NCBI GenBank assembly: GCA_964439105.1 | Contig: CAYTNG010000008.1 | Span: 73,481-137,480, forward strand | From: an uncultured Saprospiraceae bacterium | GTDB taxonomy: Bacteria; Bacteroidota; Bacteroidia; Chitinophagales; Saprospiraceae | Reading direction: 5' to 3' | Length of the DNA: 64,000 nucleotides | Shown here: positions 19,021 through 27,268 of the stretch, one piece after another | Position numbering within the stretch: the first letter of the stretch is position 1 | Layout: each line of letters starts with the position of its first letter | Notes under the pieces: model-generated | The model's database searches: none | Told to the model about the DNA's origin: nothing | Seen by the model: only the letters and a program-made list of their open reading frames with translations | Translations under genes and position numbers: made by a program

Positions 19021-20049
19021 ATGCACATGTCGTTGGATAGTTTTTCTGAAGTTGAACGCTTAATAGATGAGATTCGGTCTTTTGAGATTGGGGATTCTGC
19101 TTCTCTGGAAGCTTTTCGCCTCGCCTATCTCGGGAGTAAAAACAGCATCAAACCCCTTTTCGGGAAGATGAGCCAGGTCCCCGGTGAACTTAAAAAGGAA
19201 TATGGCCAGCGTGTCAACGAAGCGAAACTTCTTGCAGAGGAAAAATTCGAAAGTCATAAATTTTTGCAGCAATCCAAGGGTTCCGGATCTGCTAAGATAC
19301 CTGATTTGAGCCTGCCCCCACTTGAGATGCACGAAGGGAGGAGACATCCGATTTCAATTGTTATGGATCGCATTGTAGGGATTTTTTCCAGGATAGGTTT
19401 TGAAGTTGTCGAAGACCGGGAAGTAGAGGACGACTGGCACAATTTTACCGCACTTAATACACCTGCGGACCACCCGGCAAGGGATATGCAGGACACCTAC
19501 TATCTGAAGGACCTGCCTCAGCTTCTTCTTCGGACCCATACTTCTTCCGTACAATCGAGATATATGGGAACGTTCCAGCCACCTATCCGGATATTGGCTC
19601 CGGGAAGGGTCTACCGCAATGAAACCATATCAGCCCGTTCGCATTGCCAGTTCCATCAGGTGGAAGGGTTGTACATCGATAAGGGAGTTTCTATGGCGGA
19701 TCTCAAACAGACCCTGTTATTCTTTGCAAAGGAAATGTATGGATCAGAGGTCAATATACGATTGAGACCATCGTATTTTCCATTTACGGAGCCATCTGCC
19801 GAAATGGATATTTATTGGGGTCTGAAAGATGAAACGGATTACAGAATAACCAAGGGTACCGGATGGCTTGAAATTCTGGGTTGCGGTATGGTTGATCCTG
19901 CCGTATTGAAAAACTGTGGCATCGACCCTGAAGAATATACCGGTTACGCTTTTGGAATGGGTATTGAGCGCCAGGCAATGCTGATGTATAAAATCCCTGA
20001 TATCCGCTACTTTTTTGAAAACGACTTGAGATTTCTCAAACAATTTTGA
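19021..20049 (+). CDS. pheS: phenylalanine--tRNA ligase alpha subunit
   Basis: Class II motifs HPARDMQDTYY, RTHTSSVQ, FPFTEPSAEMD and GMGIERQAMLMY. The first ATG is at 19021 and the TAACTTTG box is at 19001-19008. Confidence 0.95.
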   Translation: MHMSLDSFSEVERLIDEIRSFEIGDSASLEAFRLAYLGSKNSIKPLFGKMSQVPGELKKEYGQRVNEAKLLAEEKFESHKFLQQSKGSGSAKIPDLSLPPLEMHEGRRHPISIVMDRIVGIFSRIGFEVVEDREVEDDWHNFTALNTPADHPARDMQDTYYLKDLPQLLLRTHTSSVQSRYMGTFQPPIRILAPGRVYRNETISARSHCQFHQVEGLYIDKGVSMADLKQTLLFFAKEMYGSEVNIRLRPSYFPFTEPSAEMDIYWGLKDETDYRITKGTGWLEILGCGMVDPAVLKNCGIDPEEYTGYAFGMGIERQAMLMYKIPDIRYFFENDLRFLKQF

Positions 20050-20071
20050 CAATCAGCAAGCCCAGGCAATT

Positions 20072-21403
20072 ATGAAAAAACCAACACTTGCAAAAGGCAC
20101 CCGAGATTACTTACCCCTTCAGGCAAAGCGGAGGAATTATATATTTGATACAATACGGCGTTGTTTTGAGCTCTATGGCTTCCAGCCACTGGAAACACCT
20201 GCAATGGAAAACCTGGATACGCTAACTGGAAAATACGGGGAGGAAGGAGACAAATTGCTGTTCAAGATTCTCAATTCGGGAGACTACCTTAAAGAAGCAG
20301 ACGTACAATTGCTGTCATCCAAAAATTCGACGGCCCTAATATCGCAGATTTCAGAAAAAGGTTTGAGGTACGACCTTACCGTGCCTTTTGCACGTGTAGT
20401 TGCAATGAACCGGCATGAGCTTTCTTTCCCGTTTAAGCGCTACCAGATTCAGCCGGTATGGAGAGCGGACCGGCCTCAAAGGGGTCGGTACCGTGAATTT
20501 TACCAATGTGACGCCGATGTAGTAGGTTCGAATTCTTTGCTTTATGAAGCAGAACTGATGCAGATCTATGATCAGGTTTTTAAGACTTTAAAAATTCCGG
20601 TCCGAATTCACATCAACCATCGTAAAATCCTGGAAGGCTTGGCCTTACAGGCTGGAATAGCAGACAAATTTGTTCAAATGACGGTTGAAATAGATAAACT
20701 GGACAAAACCGGCCCGGAAGCCCTGGCCAGATCACTGGAGGGCATGGGCCTGACACCGGAAAAAGTACAGGGTCTGCTTTCGAGTTTGGAGGAAAAGGAT
20801 CCTTCGCGATTACGGTTTAACGATCTGACCGCATTGGGTTCTGATCAGATCAGCAGCGTCTTTTCACTGAATTCATCTTACTCATTTCATAATGAATTGG
20901 TATTTGATGCGACACTAGCCAGGGGACTCAGTTATTATACCGGATGTATTTTTGAAGTGAAGCCCAGTTCAATGAGTATGGGAAGCCTGGGCGGGGGCGG
21001 GCGTTACGATAACCTCACCGGGGTTTTTGGACTGCCGGATGTGTCGGGAGTCGGAATTTCATTTGGTGCGGACCGGATTTATGATCTCCTGCTTGAACAT
21101 CAGTTGTTCCCTGAGGTGCTTGGCAATGATCTCAGGGCATTGTTTCTCTCCCTTGATGAGCCTGCCCTCCGCTATGCCTTTGAACTGGCCGGATTAGTGA
21201 GAGCTGAGGGCATTGCAGTAGATGTGTATCCGGAAGTGGCAAAGCTCCGCAAGCAATTCCAGCATGCCGAATCATTGCAGGTTCCATTTGCACTGATTGT
21301 TGGGGAGGAAGAACTCAGAACACGTACGGTCAATGTGAAAGACCAGCTGAGTGGAAATCAATTCCGGGTCTCCGCGTCTGAGTTGGCAAAGGCTATTTGT
21401 TAA
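20072..21403 (+). CDS. hisS: histidine--tRNA ligase
   Basis: KGTRDYLP, RYREFYQCD, GGGRYDNL and a C-terminal anticodon-binding domain. Confidence 0.95.
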   Translation: MKKPTLAKGTRDYLPLQAKRRNYIFDTIRRCFELYGFQPLETPAMENLDTLTGKYGEEGDKLLFKILNSGDYLKEADVQLLSSKNSTALISQISEKGLRYDLTVPFARVVAMNRHELSFPFKRYQIQPVWRADRPQRGRYREFYQCDADVVGSNSLLYEAELMQIYDQVFKTLKIPVRIHINHRKILEGLALQAGIADKFVQMTVEIDKLDKTGPEALARSLEGMGLTPEKVQGLLSSLEEKDPSRLRFNDLTALGSDQISSVFSLNSSYSFHNELVFDATLARGLSYYTGCIFEVKPSSMSMGSLGGGGRYDNLTGVFGLPDVSGVGISFGADRIYDLLLEHQLFPEVLGNDLRALFLSLDEPALRYAFELAGLVRAEGIAVDVYPEVAKLRKQFQHAESLQVPFALIVGEEELRTRTVNVKDQLSGNQFRVSASELAKAIC

Positions 21404-21539
21404 ATACCTTTTAAAATCTTTTTACACACAAGCTGCGAGGCGGCTAAACTGTTATATCGATAGAGCCAATTTACATATTAATATAATTTATAATATGTAT
21501 TAACATTGTATTTAGGCTGTTAACTTTTTATTTTGATTT

Positions 21540-21555
21540 TATATTTGTATCTTTG
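21540..21555 (+). promoter_or_regulatory. two adjacent -7 boxes TATATTTG + TATCTTTG
   Basis: Two back-to-back TAnnTTTG matches about 100 nt upstream of ATG 21651, with TTTG at 21532-21535. Confidence 0.35.
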
Positions 21556-21650
21556 TGATCCTTTAGGGATTAGACATGGGAATTTGATTATATTTATGTT
21601 CCGTAGTTTGATCGCTGAGGGGGAGAGGTGCTCAACACAATTCTCGATCC

Positions 21651-22922
21651 ATGAACAAACGCAGATCCATTTTCAGTGTTCTCGCTGTCCTGTTTTTTAT
21701 CCAGGGTGCAGGCTCTATACCTGTTTTTGGTTTGTGGAACCGCGACAACAATCCTTCATTGCTCGAAGAGGAAATCGTCACCAGATTAGAAGCCATGGAA
21801 TGTCTGGTAACCCCTAAAATTGAGGAAGACGTCCTGGATCAGGTCAAGCGATTCATTGGAAAAAGAAAGGACCATGCTCTTGAATTGCTGCACCGTACAG
21901 AAATGTATTTTCCCCTGATCGACAAAATCTTTGCGGAGTACGATCTTCCCACCGAATTGAAATTCCTTACAATCGTTGAATCTTCATTGGTATTAAATGC
22001 CAAATCAAATGCCGGTGCTGCCGGCCTTTGGCAGTTGATGCCTTCCACTGCACGCATTCTGGATTTACGCGTAGATGATAAGGTCGATCAGCGATTGGAT
22101 CCAGTGGTATCCACACATGCAGCAGCCAGGTATTTTAAAAATCTCTTTGAGATGTTTAATGACTGGTCTTTGGTCTTGGCGGCTTACAACTGTGGAGAAT
22201 ATAAAATCAAAGGAATATTGCAATCTACCGGCGCAAGCGATTTCTGGGCAATCAAAAAATACCTTCCCAGGCAAACGCAATTATTCGTTCCGGCTTTTAT
22301 CGGTGCAAGTTATATGATGCAATATCATCCGGAACATGACCTTATTTTGGATACTGAAATTTTAGATGCTAATAAACTAACCTTCGCGCGGACTTATAAG
22401 GAAGTCAATTTAAAAGACCTGTATCGCAAAACAGCTATTACTAAAGAAACGTTTCTGAAATACAATCCTTCCTATCGGAAAGGGCTCATTCCCGCTCATA
22501 AAAACGGCTACTATGTGAGCTTACCAGATAGTTTGATGGTTGAATTCGTGGATTATTACACCTACAACAATCCAAAGAATAAGGGTTTGTCGGAAGCACA
22601 GCTGTTGCAGAATCCAACAGATTTGGCTGTGGAAATCCTTTCTTTCAGCAGACCATTTCTCTTCGCTCCTGATGCAATTGCCGTTCAAAAAGCAGAACAT
22701 GTGCAGATTCCTTTTGACTTTACTCCAAAAGAAACGGAGGCACTGCCAGAACCCAATATTGAACGTACTGCCAAATATATTCACCACGTAGTCCGCAACA
22801 GGGAATCACTTGTGCAAATTGCAGAAGATTACCAAGTGGATTTAGAGTCCCTTATTAAATGGAATGAACTCGATCGCGTCCAAAATCTCAAAGCGGGCAT
22901 GGTCTTGCGGATCAAAGTTTGA
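21651..22922 (+). CDS. lytic transglycosylase (SLT domain) with C-terminal LysM, MltD-like
   Basis: Signal peptide, catalytic-region IVESSL...AGAAGLWQLMPSTAR...AAYNCGEYK, and a C-terminal LysM-like HVVRNRESLVQIAEDYQVDLESLIKWNEL. Confidence 0.8.
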   Translation: MNKRRSIFSVLAVLFFIQGAGSIPVFGLWNRDNNPSLLEEEIVTRLEAMECLVTPKIEEDVLDQVKRFIGKRKDHALELLHRTEMYFPLIDKIFAEYDLPTELKFLTIVESSLVLNAKSNAGAAGLWQLMPSTARILDLRVDDKVDQRLDPVVSTHAAARYFKNLFEMFNDWSLVLAAYNCGEYKIKGILQSTGASDFWAIKKYLPRQTQLFVPAFIGASYMMQYHPEHDLILDTEILDANKLTFARTYKEVNLKDLYRKTAITKETFLKYNPSYRKGLIPAHKNGYYVSLPDSLMVEFVDYYTYNNPKNKGLSEAQLLQNPTDLAVEILSFSRPFLFAPDAIAVQKAEHVQIPFDFTPKETEALPEPNIERTAKYIHHVVRNRESLVQIAEDYQVDLESLIKWNELDRVQNLKAGMVLRIKV

Positions 22923-23140
22923 TTGTAAATTACAGGATTTCTTAATCGGTTTTATTTGAATTTGAATGGGTTTGTAACACGTTCCTGCCTCAATGCAGGG
23001 AATTAACGCATATCAACGTATTCACAAATGCAGGGAATTCTCCTATTCAGATCCCTATCAACCGGAAAAGGAGGATATACAGATTCTGGGATTAATTTAT
23101 AATAAAGTTTCAGGGCCATCTAAGGATACAGGGCAATAAA

Positions 23141-23178
23141 AAAGAGGGCCATACTTCACAAGCATGACCCCCTTTTCT
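23141..23178. terminator. possible bidirectional terminator between the MltD-like and hsp20 genes
   Basis: GGGCCAT / ATGACCC stem (6 bp plus 1 mismatch, 11-nt loop), flanked by an A-run upstream and CTTTTCTC downstream. Confidence 0.4.
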
Positions 23179-23204
23179 CAACTAATCCCCGTTATTTATA
23201 GTCC

Positions 23205-23633
23205 TTATGCGATTTCAATCGTTTTCGCATTTTGATGAATTTCAACCACTTTTGGGAGCGTAATGTTCAATACTCCATTTTCGTAGCTGGCTGAAATCTG
23301 CTCTGCATTTACATTCTGAGGAAGCTCAAAAGAACGGCTGAAAGAGCGATAGTTAAACTCCTTTCTCGTATAATTTTCCTTTTCTTCAGATTGCTCCTGC
23401 TTTTTCTCAACGGAAATTCGCAGTAAATGGTTCTCGATGTGGATTTTAAAATCCGATTTCTGCAAACCGGGAGCTGCGAGTTCCAACTTGTATTCTTTTT
23501 CACGCTCCATCACATTGATTGCCGGAGTATGAGGTTTAAATAAAGAACCTCCACCAAAATCATTAAATGTTTTGGAAAACAGATCGTCTACGATCTGTAC
23601 AAAGGGAACGAGGGATCCAAGATTGTTTCTCAT
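23205..23633 (-). CDS. Hsp20/alpha-crystallin family small heat-shock protein
   Basis: Alpha-crystallin domain: PAINVMEREKEYKLELAAPGLQKSDFKIHIENHLLRISVEKK...ASYENGVLNITLPK. Confidence 0.9.
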   Translation of the reverse strand: MRNNLGSLVPFVQIVDDLFSKTFNDFGGGSLFKPHTPAINVMEREKEYKLELAAPGLQKSDFKIHIENHLLRISVEKKQEQSEEKENYTRKEFNYRSFSRSFELPQNVNAEQISASYENGVLNITLPKVVEIHQNAKTIEIA

Positions 23634-23658
23634 ATTTTTAAATTTTTGATGTGAATAA

Positions 23659-24060
23659 TTATTTTACTTCAATGGTCTTTTCTTCTTTTTTGCGGAAAGC
23701 AAATCTGACGGTTAATATACCTTGATCAAATTGTGCTTTCAGGGATTCGTGGTCGAGTTCTTCAGGAATACGGACGCTGCGTTTGAAAGGGTAAATTGAA
23801 AATTCCCGTTTCATATAAGCTGAATCCAATTCGGAAGAGCTGCGTTTTGCTTCCAGATTCAAAACAGAGTCCTGTACTCTCAGATGAATGTCTTCTTTGC
23901 GCACTGCGGGCATGGCAAATTCCAGTACCACGGCATACTGCTCCTTTTTAATATTCATTGCCGGAGCGACAGAAGGTTCAGTACTTGTGGATTGAAACCC
24001 GGAATTCTTTTTTGCGTAACAGGCTTTTGGGAAAGCGGAAGAATAATTTACGTACATCAT
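23659..24060 (-). CDS. Hsp20 family protein (divergent second copy)
   Basis: PAMNIKKEQYAVVLEFAMPAVRKEDIHLRVQDSVLNLEAKR...AQFDQGILTVRF. It lies 25 nt upstream of the first copy on the same strand. Confidence 0.7.
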   Translation of the reverse strand: MMYVNYSSAFPKACYAKKNSGFQSTSTEPSVAPAMNIKKEQYAVVLEFAMPAVRKEDIHLRVQDSVLNLEAKRSSSELDSAYMKREFSIYPFKRSVRIPEELDHESLKAQFDQGILTVRFAFRKKEEKTIEVK

Positions 24061-24147
24061 ATTTCTTTAGTTTTATACATCTGGTCGATCAATTCTCGTT
24101 CCAGCTCAAAAACCAGGAAAAATTGACGCTAATTCAATAAAATATTG

Positions 24148-24191
24148 TGCCAAAATGACATTATTAATTAATTTAATATGCCAAAATGGCA
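24148..24191. promoter_or_regulatory. duplicated palindrome TGCCAAAATGRCA (TGCCA-N3-TGGCA), candidate operator of the hsp20 pair
   Basis: TGCCAAAATGACA is at 24148-24160 and the perfect palindrome ATGCCAAAATGGCAT at 24178-24192, 31 nt apart. Both lie in the divergent spacer between hsp20 (minus) and 24250 (plus). Confidence 0.35.
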
Positions 24192-24217
24192 TTTAGTTAG
24201 ATATATGATTTCAATCT

Positions 24218-24225
24218 TATATTTG
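24218..24225 (+). promoter_or_regulatory. -7 box TATATTTG
   Basis: Exact match, 25 nt upstream of ATG 24250. Confidence 0.4.
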
Positions 24226-24249
24226 TAAATAAGCTTAAACACATAGAAC

Positions 24250-24957
24250 ATGTCCTCAAATCGACTCTTTCTGCATGCCGGTCTCTTTATTTTTCTGATG
24301 AGCATGGCAGGTTTTTCCACAGCGCAAACAAATGGATTTGGATTTAAACTTGGGCCCAGCCTTGGATTCCAAAAATGGGGTGGAGGAAATCAAACAGATC
24401 CTTTGTTGCGTTGGCACATCGCAGCATTTATGGATTCAGAGTCCTCCGATGGTAAAAATGTAATTTATGGACAATTGGGTTACCACGTTAAAGGAGGTGG
24501 TATACGCATCCCTTTTTTTTATGATATCAATGGAAACCGCTATCCCGGTTCAACCTACGGTATGGAATTTCACAACCTGTCATTCGAGCTTGGATTAAAG
24601 AGATTCCTGAAGCTTGCCCAGTGGAAGCCTTATTATGCTGTAGGATTGAGGGGGGAGTATACCTTGAATACGAATCTTGAAATATATAAAGAACTCGAAG
24701 AATGGACCCGTAAATGGAATTATGGAATTACCCTCCGCATCGGGTCTGAGTTTAAATTTAAAAAACTCATGAACATGGGTATCGAATTTACGATCGCCCC
24801 TGACTTGTCCAAACAGGTTTACGTGCCCGCCAGTATCCGCCGCATTGATCCTTTTACAGGGCAACCTACGCCGGGATATGAACAATCTACGGTCAATACG
24901 ACATTGGAGTTATCCGTCTATTTGCGGTTTATGCAGCTCATCATTTATGACGAATGA
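24250..24957 (+). CDS. putative small outer-membrane beta-barrel protein
   Basis: Signal peptide ending FSTAQ, alternating-hydrophobicity strands and aromatic-rich termini. The TATATTTG box lies 25 nt upstream. Confidence 0.45.
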   Translation: MSSNRLFLHAGLFIFLMSMAGFSTAQTNGFGFKLGPSLGFQKWGGGNQTDPLLRWHIAAFMDSESSDGKNVIYGQLGYHVKGGGIRIPFFYDINGNRYPGSTYGMEFHNLSFELGLKRFLKLAQWKPYYAVGLRGEYTLNTNLEIYKELEEWTRKWNYGITLRIGSEFKFKKLMNMGIEFTIAPDLSKQVYVPASIRRIDPFTGQPTPGYEQSTVNTTLELSVYLRFMQLIIYDE

Positions 24958-24981
24958 GCGAAGCTATTTTGTTCTTTATGC

Positions 24982-25503
24982 CTATTGCAATATTTTATCG
25001 TCGAGCAATTTAAGTCCGAAATAGATCGGAACGATTAATTTACTTTTAATCCGGAATCCTTTTTTTGTGGCGGGACGACACGCGTTGTCTTTCAAAATTT
25101 CATACGCCTGCCGCGCAACTTCATTTCCAATATCATGTCCCGTGAAATCTTCAGAATTGACGACTTCGGAAACCCTGCCATCGGACTCAATAGTCAGTTT
25201 AATATAGACTACGCCTACGACATCATTCCATGCGGGATTTTTGTCAATAAGCATTGTGCTTAAGATTTTTTGCGCACAGAATTTCTTTTTTATTTTTGGA
25301 ATATTCGCGGAGTCAAGGCAAAATGGGAGGTAAGCGGATTCATCCGGCATATTGCCGCCGCTTATTTTTTTGTCCTGATTCAAAAAGGTGACAGGCACAT
25401 CCTGATCTTCTGTTTCGGCAGCTTTTGATTTTTCCTTAGAGTTGCACTGTGTGAAACAAAGTCCTATGAGGAGCACTCCAAAAACCAGATAAAGGGATTT
25501 CAT
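24982..25503 (-). CDS. putative lipoprotein, unknown function
   Basis: Signal/lipobox LIGLCFTQC. The C-terminal half looks like a small alpha/beta domain. No secure family. Confidence 0.4.
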   Translation of the reverse strand: MKSLYLVFGVLLIGLCFTQCNSKEKSKAAETEDQDVPVTFLNQDKKISGGNMPDESAYLPFCLDSANIPKIKKKFCAQKILSTMLIDKNPAWNDVVGVVYIKLTIESDGRVSEVVNSEDFTGHDIGNEVARQAYEILKDNACRPATKKGFRIKSKLIVPIYFGLKLLDDKILQ

Positions 25504-25536
25504 AGCGATAGTATTATTATAAGTCCTTAAAGATAA

Positions 25537-25562
25537 AATGCCCCTTCCGGAGAAGAGGCATT
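25537..25562 (-). terminator. intrinsic terminator after the PAP2/haloperoxidase-like gene
   Basis: 11-bp stem with one mismatch (aatgccccttc / gaagaggcatt) and loop cgga. On the minus strand it is followed by TTTTATCT. Confidence 0.6.
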
Positions 25563-25627
25563 TATCTGTATTTTATTATGACGAAAGGGAATGAATTATG
25601 ACAGACATACCCTTCCGCTTGATGAAC

Positions 25628-27034
25628 TTATTTTTTCCAGGGCAACTCAAGCACTTTTCGTGCAGCCAGAGTACCACAGAAATTACCGCTGTCATAATCC
25701 ATGCGGTAGTGTACGCCCAATGGCAAACGGCTAAAAGCATTTTCGTTTGCGATATCGCGCAGTGTGTTAAAGGAACGAGGTTTACCTAAGAAATCCGTGC
25801 GGTTTTCATGACAATGGTCCGTGAATGGATAGCTGCCTCCAACGAAAGCTTCCAATACGCCCACACCTGCAAAACCAAAGGTGGAGTGACCGGAAGGATA
25901 AGCCGGGAAAGGAGGTGTAAATCCTAACCATGGAATTTCAAATTTCGGGTCAATCACGCGGCGTATGTAGGTATAAGGACGCTCCACATTATATTTAAAT
26001 TTGTTGTACCAGGCAATAACGGCAGCTTCGTTGAGTGCAAGACCTAATTGTGCAAACAGAACACAAGATTTTTCTAGGTTCATGTCTTCTTTCTCGACGA
26101 TCTGGTCAGCTATGGCAACTAAACGAGTAGGAGGGCTAAAAGTCCAACCCACACGGTCATCACTCCAGAATTCTGCTATGTGTTCCATTTCACCAGACTT
26201 GTCTTTTCTTGCAATGTTTGCAAGCACATACATTTCATAAGCCTGTGCATAGATAACCGAATTAGAATCAGCGTCGCAGTCATAGGGAGAGATCAATGCA
26301 TCGAGGTCTGTTTGTGTAAGAGCGAAACGACGCACTTTTCCCCATTGTGAATACAAACCGCGGTCTGCTTGATTAGGTTCGGTAGGAACCCAGTCACAAC
26401 CTTTTGCATTAACGGGAACCGGAAAGGGGTTTAAATGAGCATTGTGGCCCACGTTGTCGGTAATTGAATACCTCCAGATCGCAGCTGCAACTTCACGACC
26501 ATGAGATTCTGAGTTGTTCAAAGTAGCATCTACCGTTTTTAAACGATACTTTTCTTTGAGTTCAATCTCTTTTTGTTCAATTTGTTTGAGAAACTGGTGG
26601 TTGTCCAGAACGCTACCGTTTTTATCCTTGAAGGTTACATTTTCAAAAAACTTCTGCATCAGGTAACCATAAGAAGCATTGATTACTTCTGGCCAATACA
26701 GATTCTTCTGAGGAGCGGGCATGTCAGTAATACCTAGACGAAACTGTAAACTTTGGTAATCCGGCATGCCTCCCAGACAAGCTTCATAGGCACTGAGGCC
26801 AAGATAGGCCAATGCCCTTGGAGCAGGGCCCGGACGGTAAAATGCGGCATAACGCTCAACCTCCATAAAGAGATTGTTCCATTCATGGTAGACGTCATTA
26901 TCCTGGGAGTTCATAAGCGTATTGCCACCTTCAACAGGTTCGGATTTGTTACAGGAACCTAGAAAAAGTACAGCCAACACCCCGGAGACCAGCAGGATAT
27001 TAGGGAAAAGCTTCATAAGATTTGAAATTTTCAA
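25628..27034 (-). CDS. PAP2-superfamily protein, vanadium-dependent haloperoxidase / acid phosphatase-like lipoprotein
   Basis: Lipobox LFLGSC. The complete tripartite PAP2 motif is present: K-x6-RP (KFKYNVERP), PSGH (YPSGHSTFG) and SR-x5-H-x3-D (SRLPLGVHYRMD). Confidence 0.7.
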   Translation of the reverse strand: MKISNLMKLFPNILLVSGVLAVLFLGSCNKSEPVEGGNTLMNSQDNDVYHEWNNLFMEVERYAAFYRPGPAPRALAYLGLSAYEACLGGMPDYQSLQFRLGITDMPAPQKNLYWPEVINASYGYLMQKFFENVTFKDKNGSVLDNHQFLKQIEQKEIELKEKYRLKTVDATLNNSESHGREVAAAIWRYSITDNVGHNAHLNPFPVPVNAKGCDWVPTEPNQADRGLYSQWGKVRRFALTQTDLDALISPYDCDADSNSVIYAQAYEMYVLANIARKDKSGEMEHIAEFWSDDRVGWTFSPPTRLVAIADQIVEKEDMNLEKSCVLFAQLGLALNEAAVIAWYNKFKYNVERPYTYIRRVIDPKFEIPWLGFTPPFPAYPSGHSTFGFAGVGVLEAFVGGSYPFTDHCHENRTDFLGKPRSFNTLRDIANENAFSRLPLGVHYRMDYDSGNFCGTLAARKVLELPWKK

Positions 27035-27062
27035 TGGTTTTTAAGAAATCGGATTGTCGCAG

Positions 27063-27070
27063 CAAAAATA
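27063..27070 (-). promoter_or_regulatory. -7 box TATTTTTG (minus strand)
   Basis: Plus-strand CAAAAATA is the reverse complement of TATTTTTG. It lies 29 nt upstream of the PAP2/haloperoxidase-like start at 27034. Confidence 0.35.
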
Positions 27071-27268
27071 CCATTTTTAGGAAAAAGAAAGCGTTTTCAG
27101 AACTTTTTTAAATGTTGCCTTTCAATGGATTATGAAAAATTTACTGTATTGAACTATGAAAATTATAGATATATATATATAATTTTTTATCTATATATTT
27201 TTCTAAGCATATTCTAATGAAAGGGGTCAAGGGCTTTTCATTTTTATCCGCATCCAAAGTTCAGTTTT

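Noticed and set aside
20525-20535. T-loop-like GGTTCGAATTC
   Set aside because: It lies inside the hisS coding frame with no flanking cloverleaf.
21533-21817. 94-aa ORF overlapping the promoter and 5' end of the lytic transglycosylase gene
   Set aside because: It starts inside the AT-rich promoter boxes in a different frame from a gene with a good signal peptide. The product is Cys/Phe-rich and looks random.
24148-24166. Sigma-54 promoter reading of TGGCAC on the hsp20 strand (TGGCACaatatTTTA)
   Set aside because: The -12 element would be TTTA instead of the highly conserved TTGC, and the second copy is worse. I kept the element only as a generic operator candidate.
27169-27180. (AT)6 microsatellite between cphA and the haloperoxidase-like gene, as a possible phase-variation tract
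   Set aside because: It is only 12 nt long, about 100 nt upstream of the -7 box, and not between promoter elements. It is most simply AT-rich spacer.
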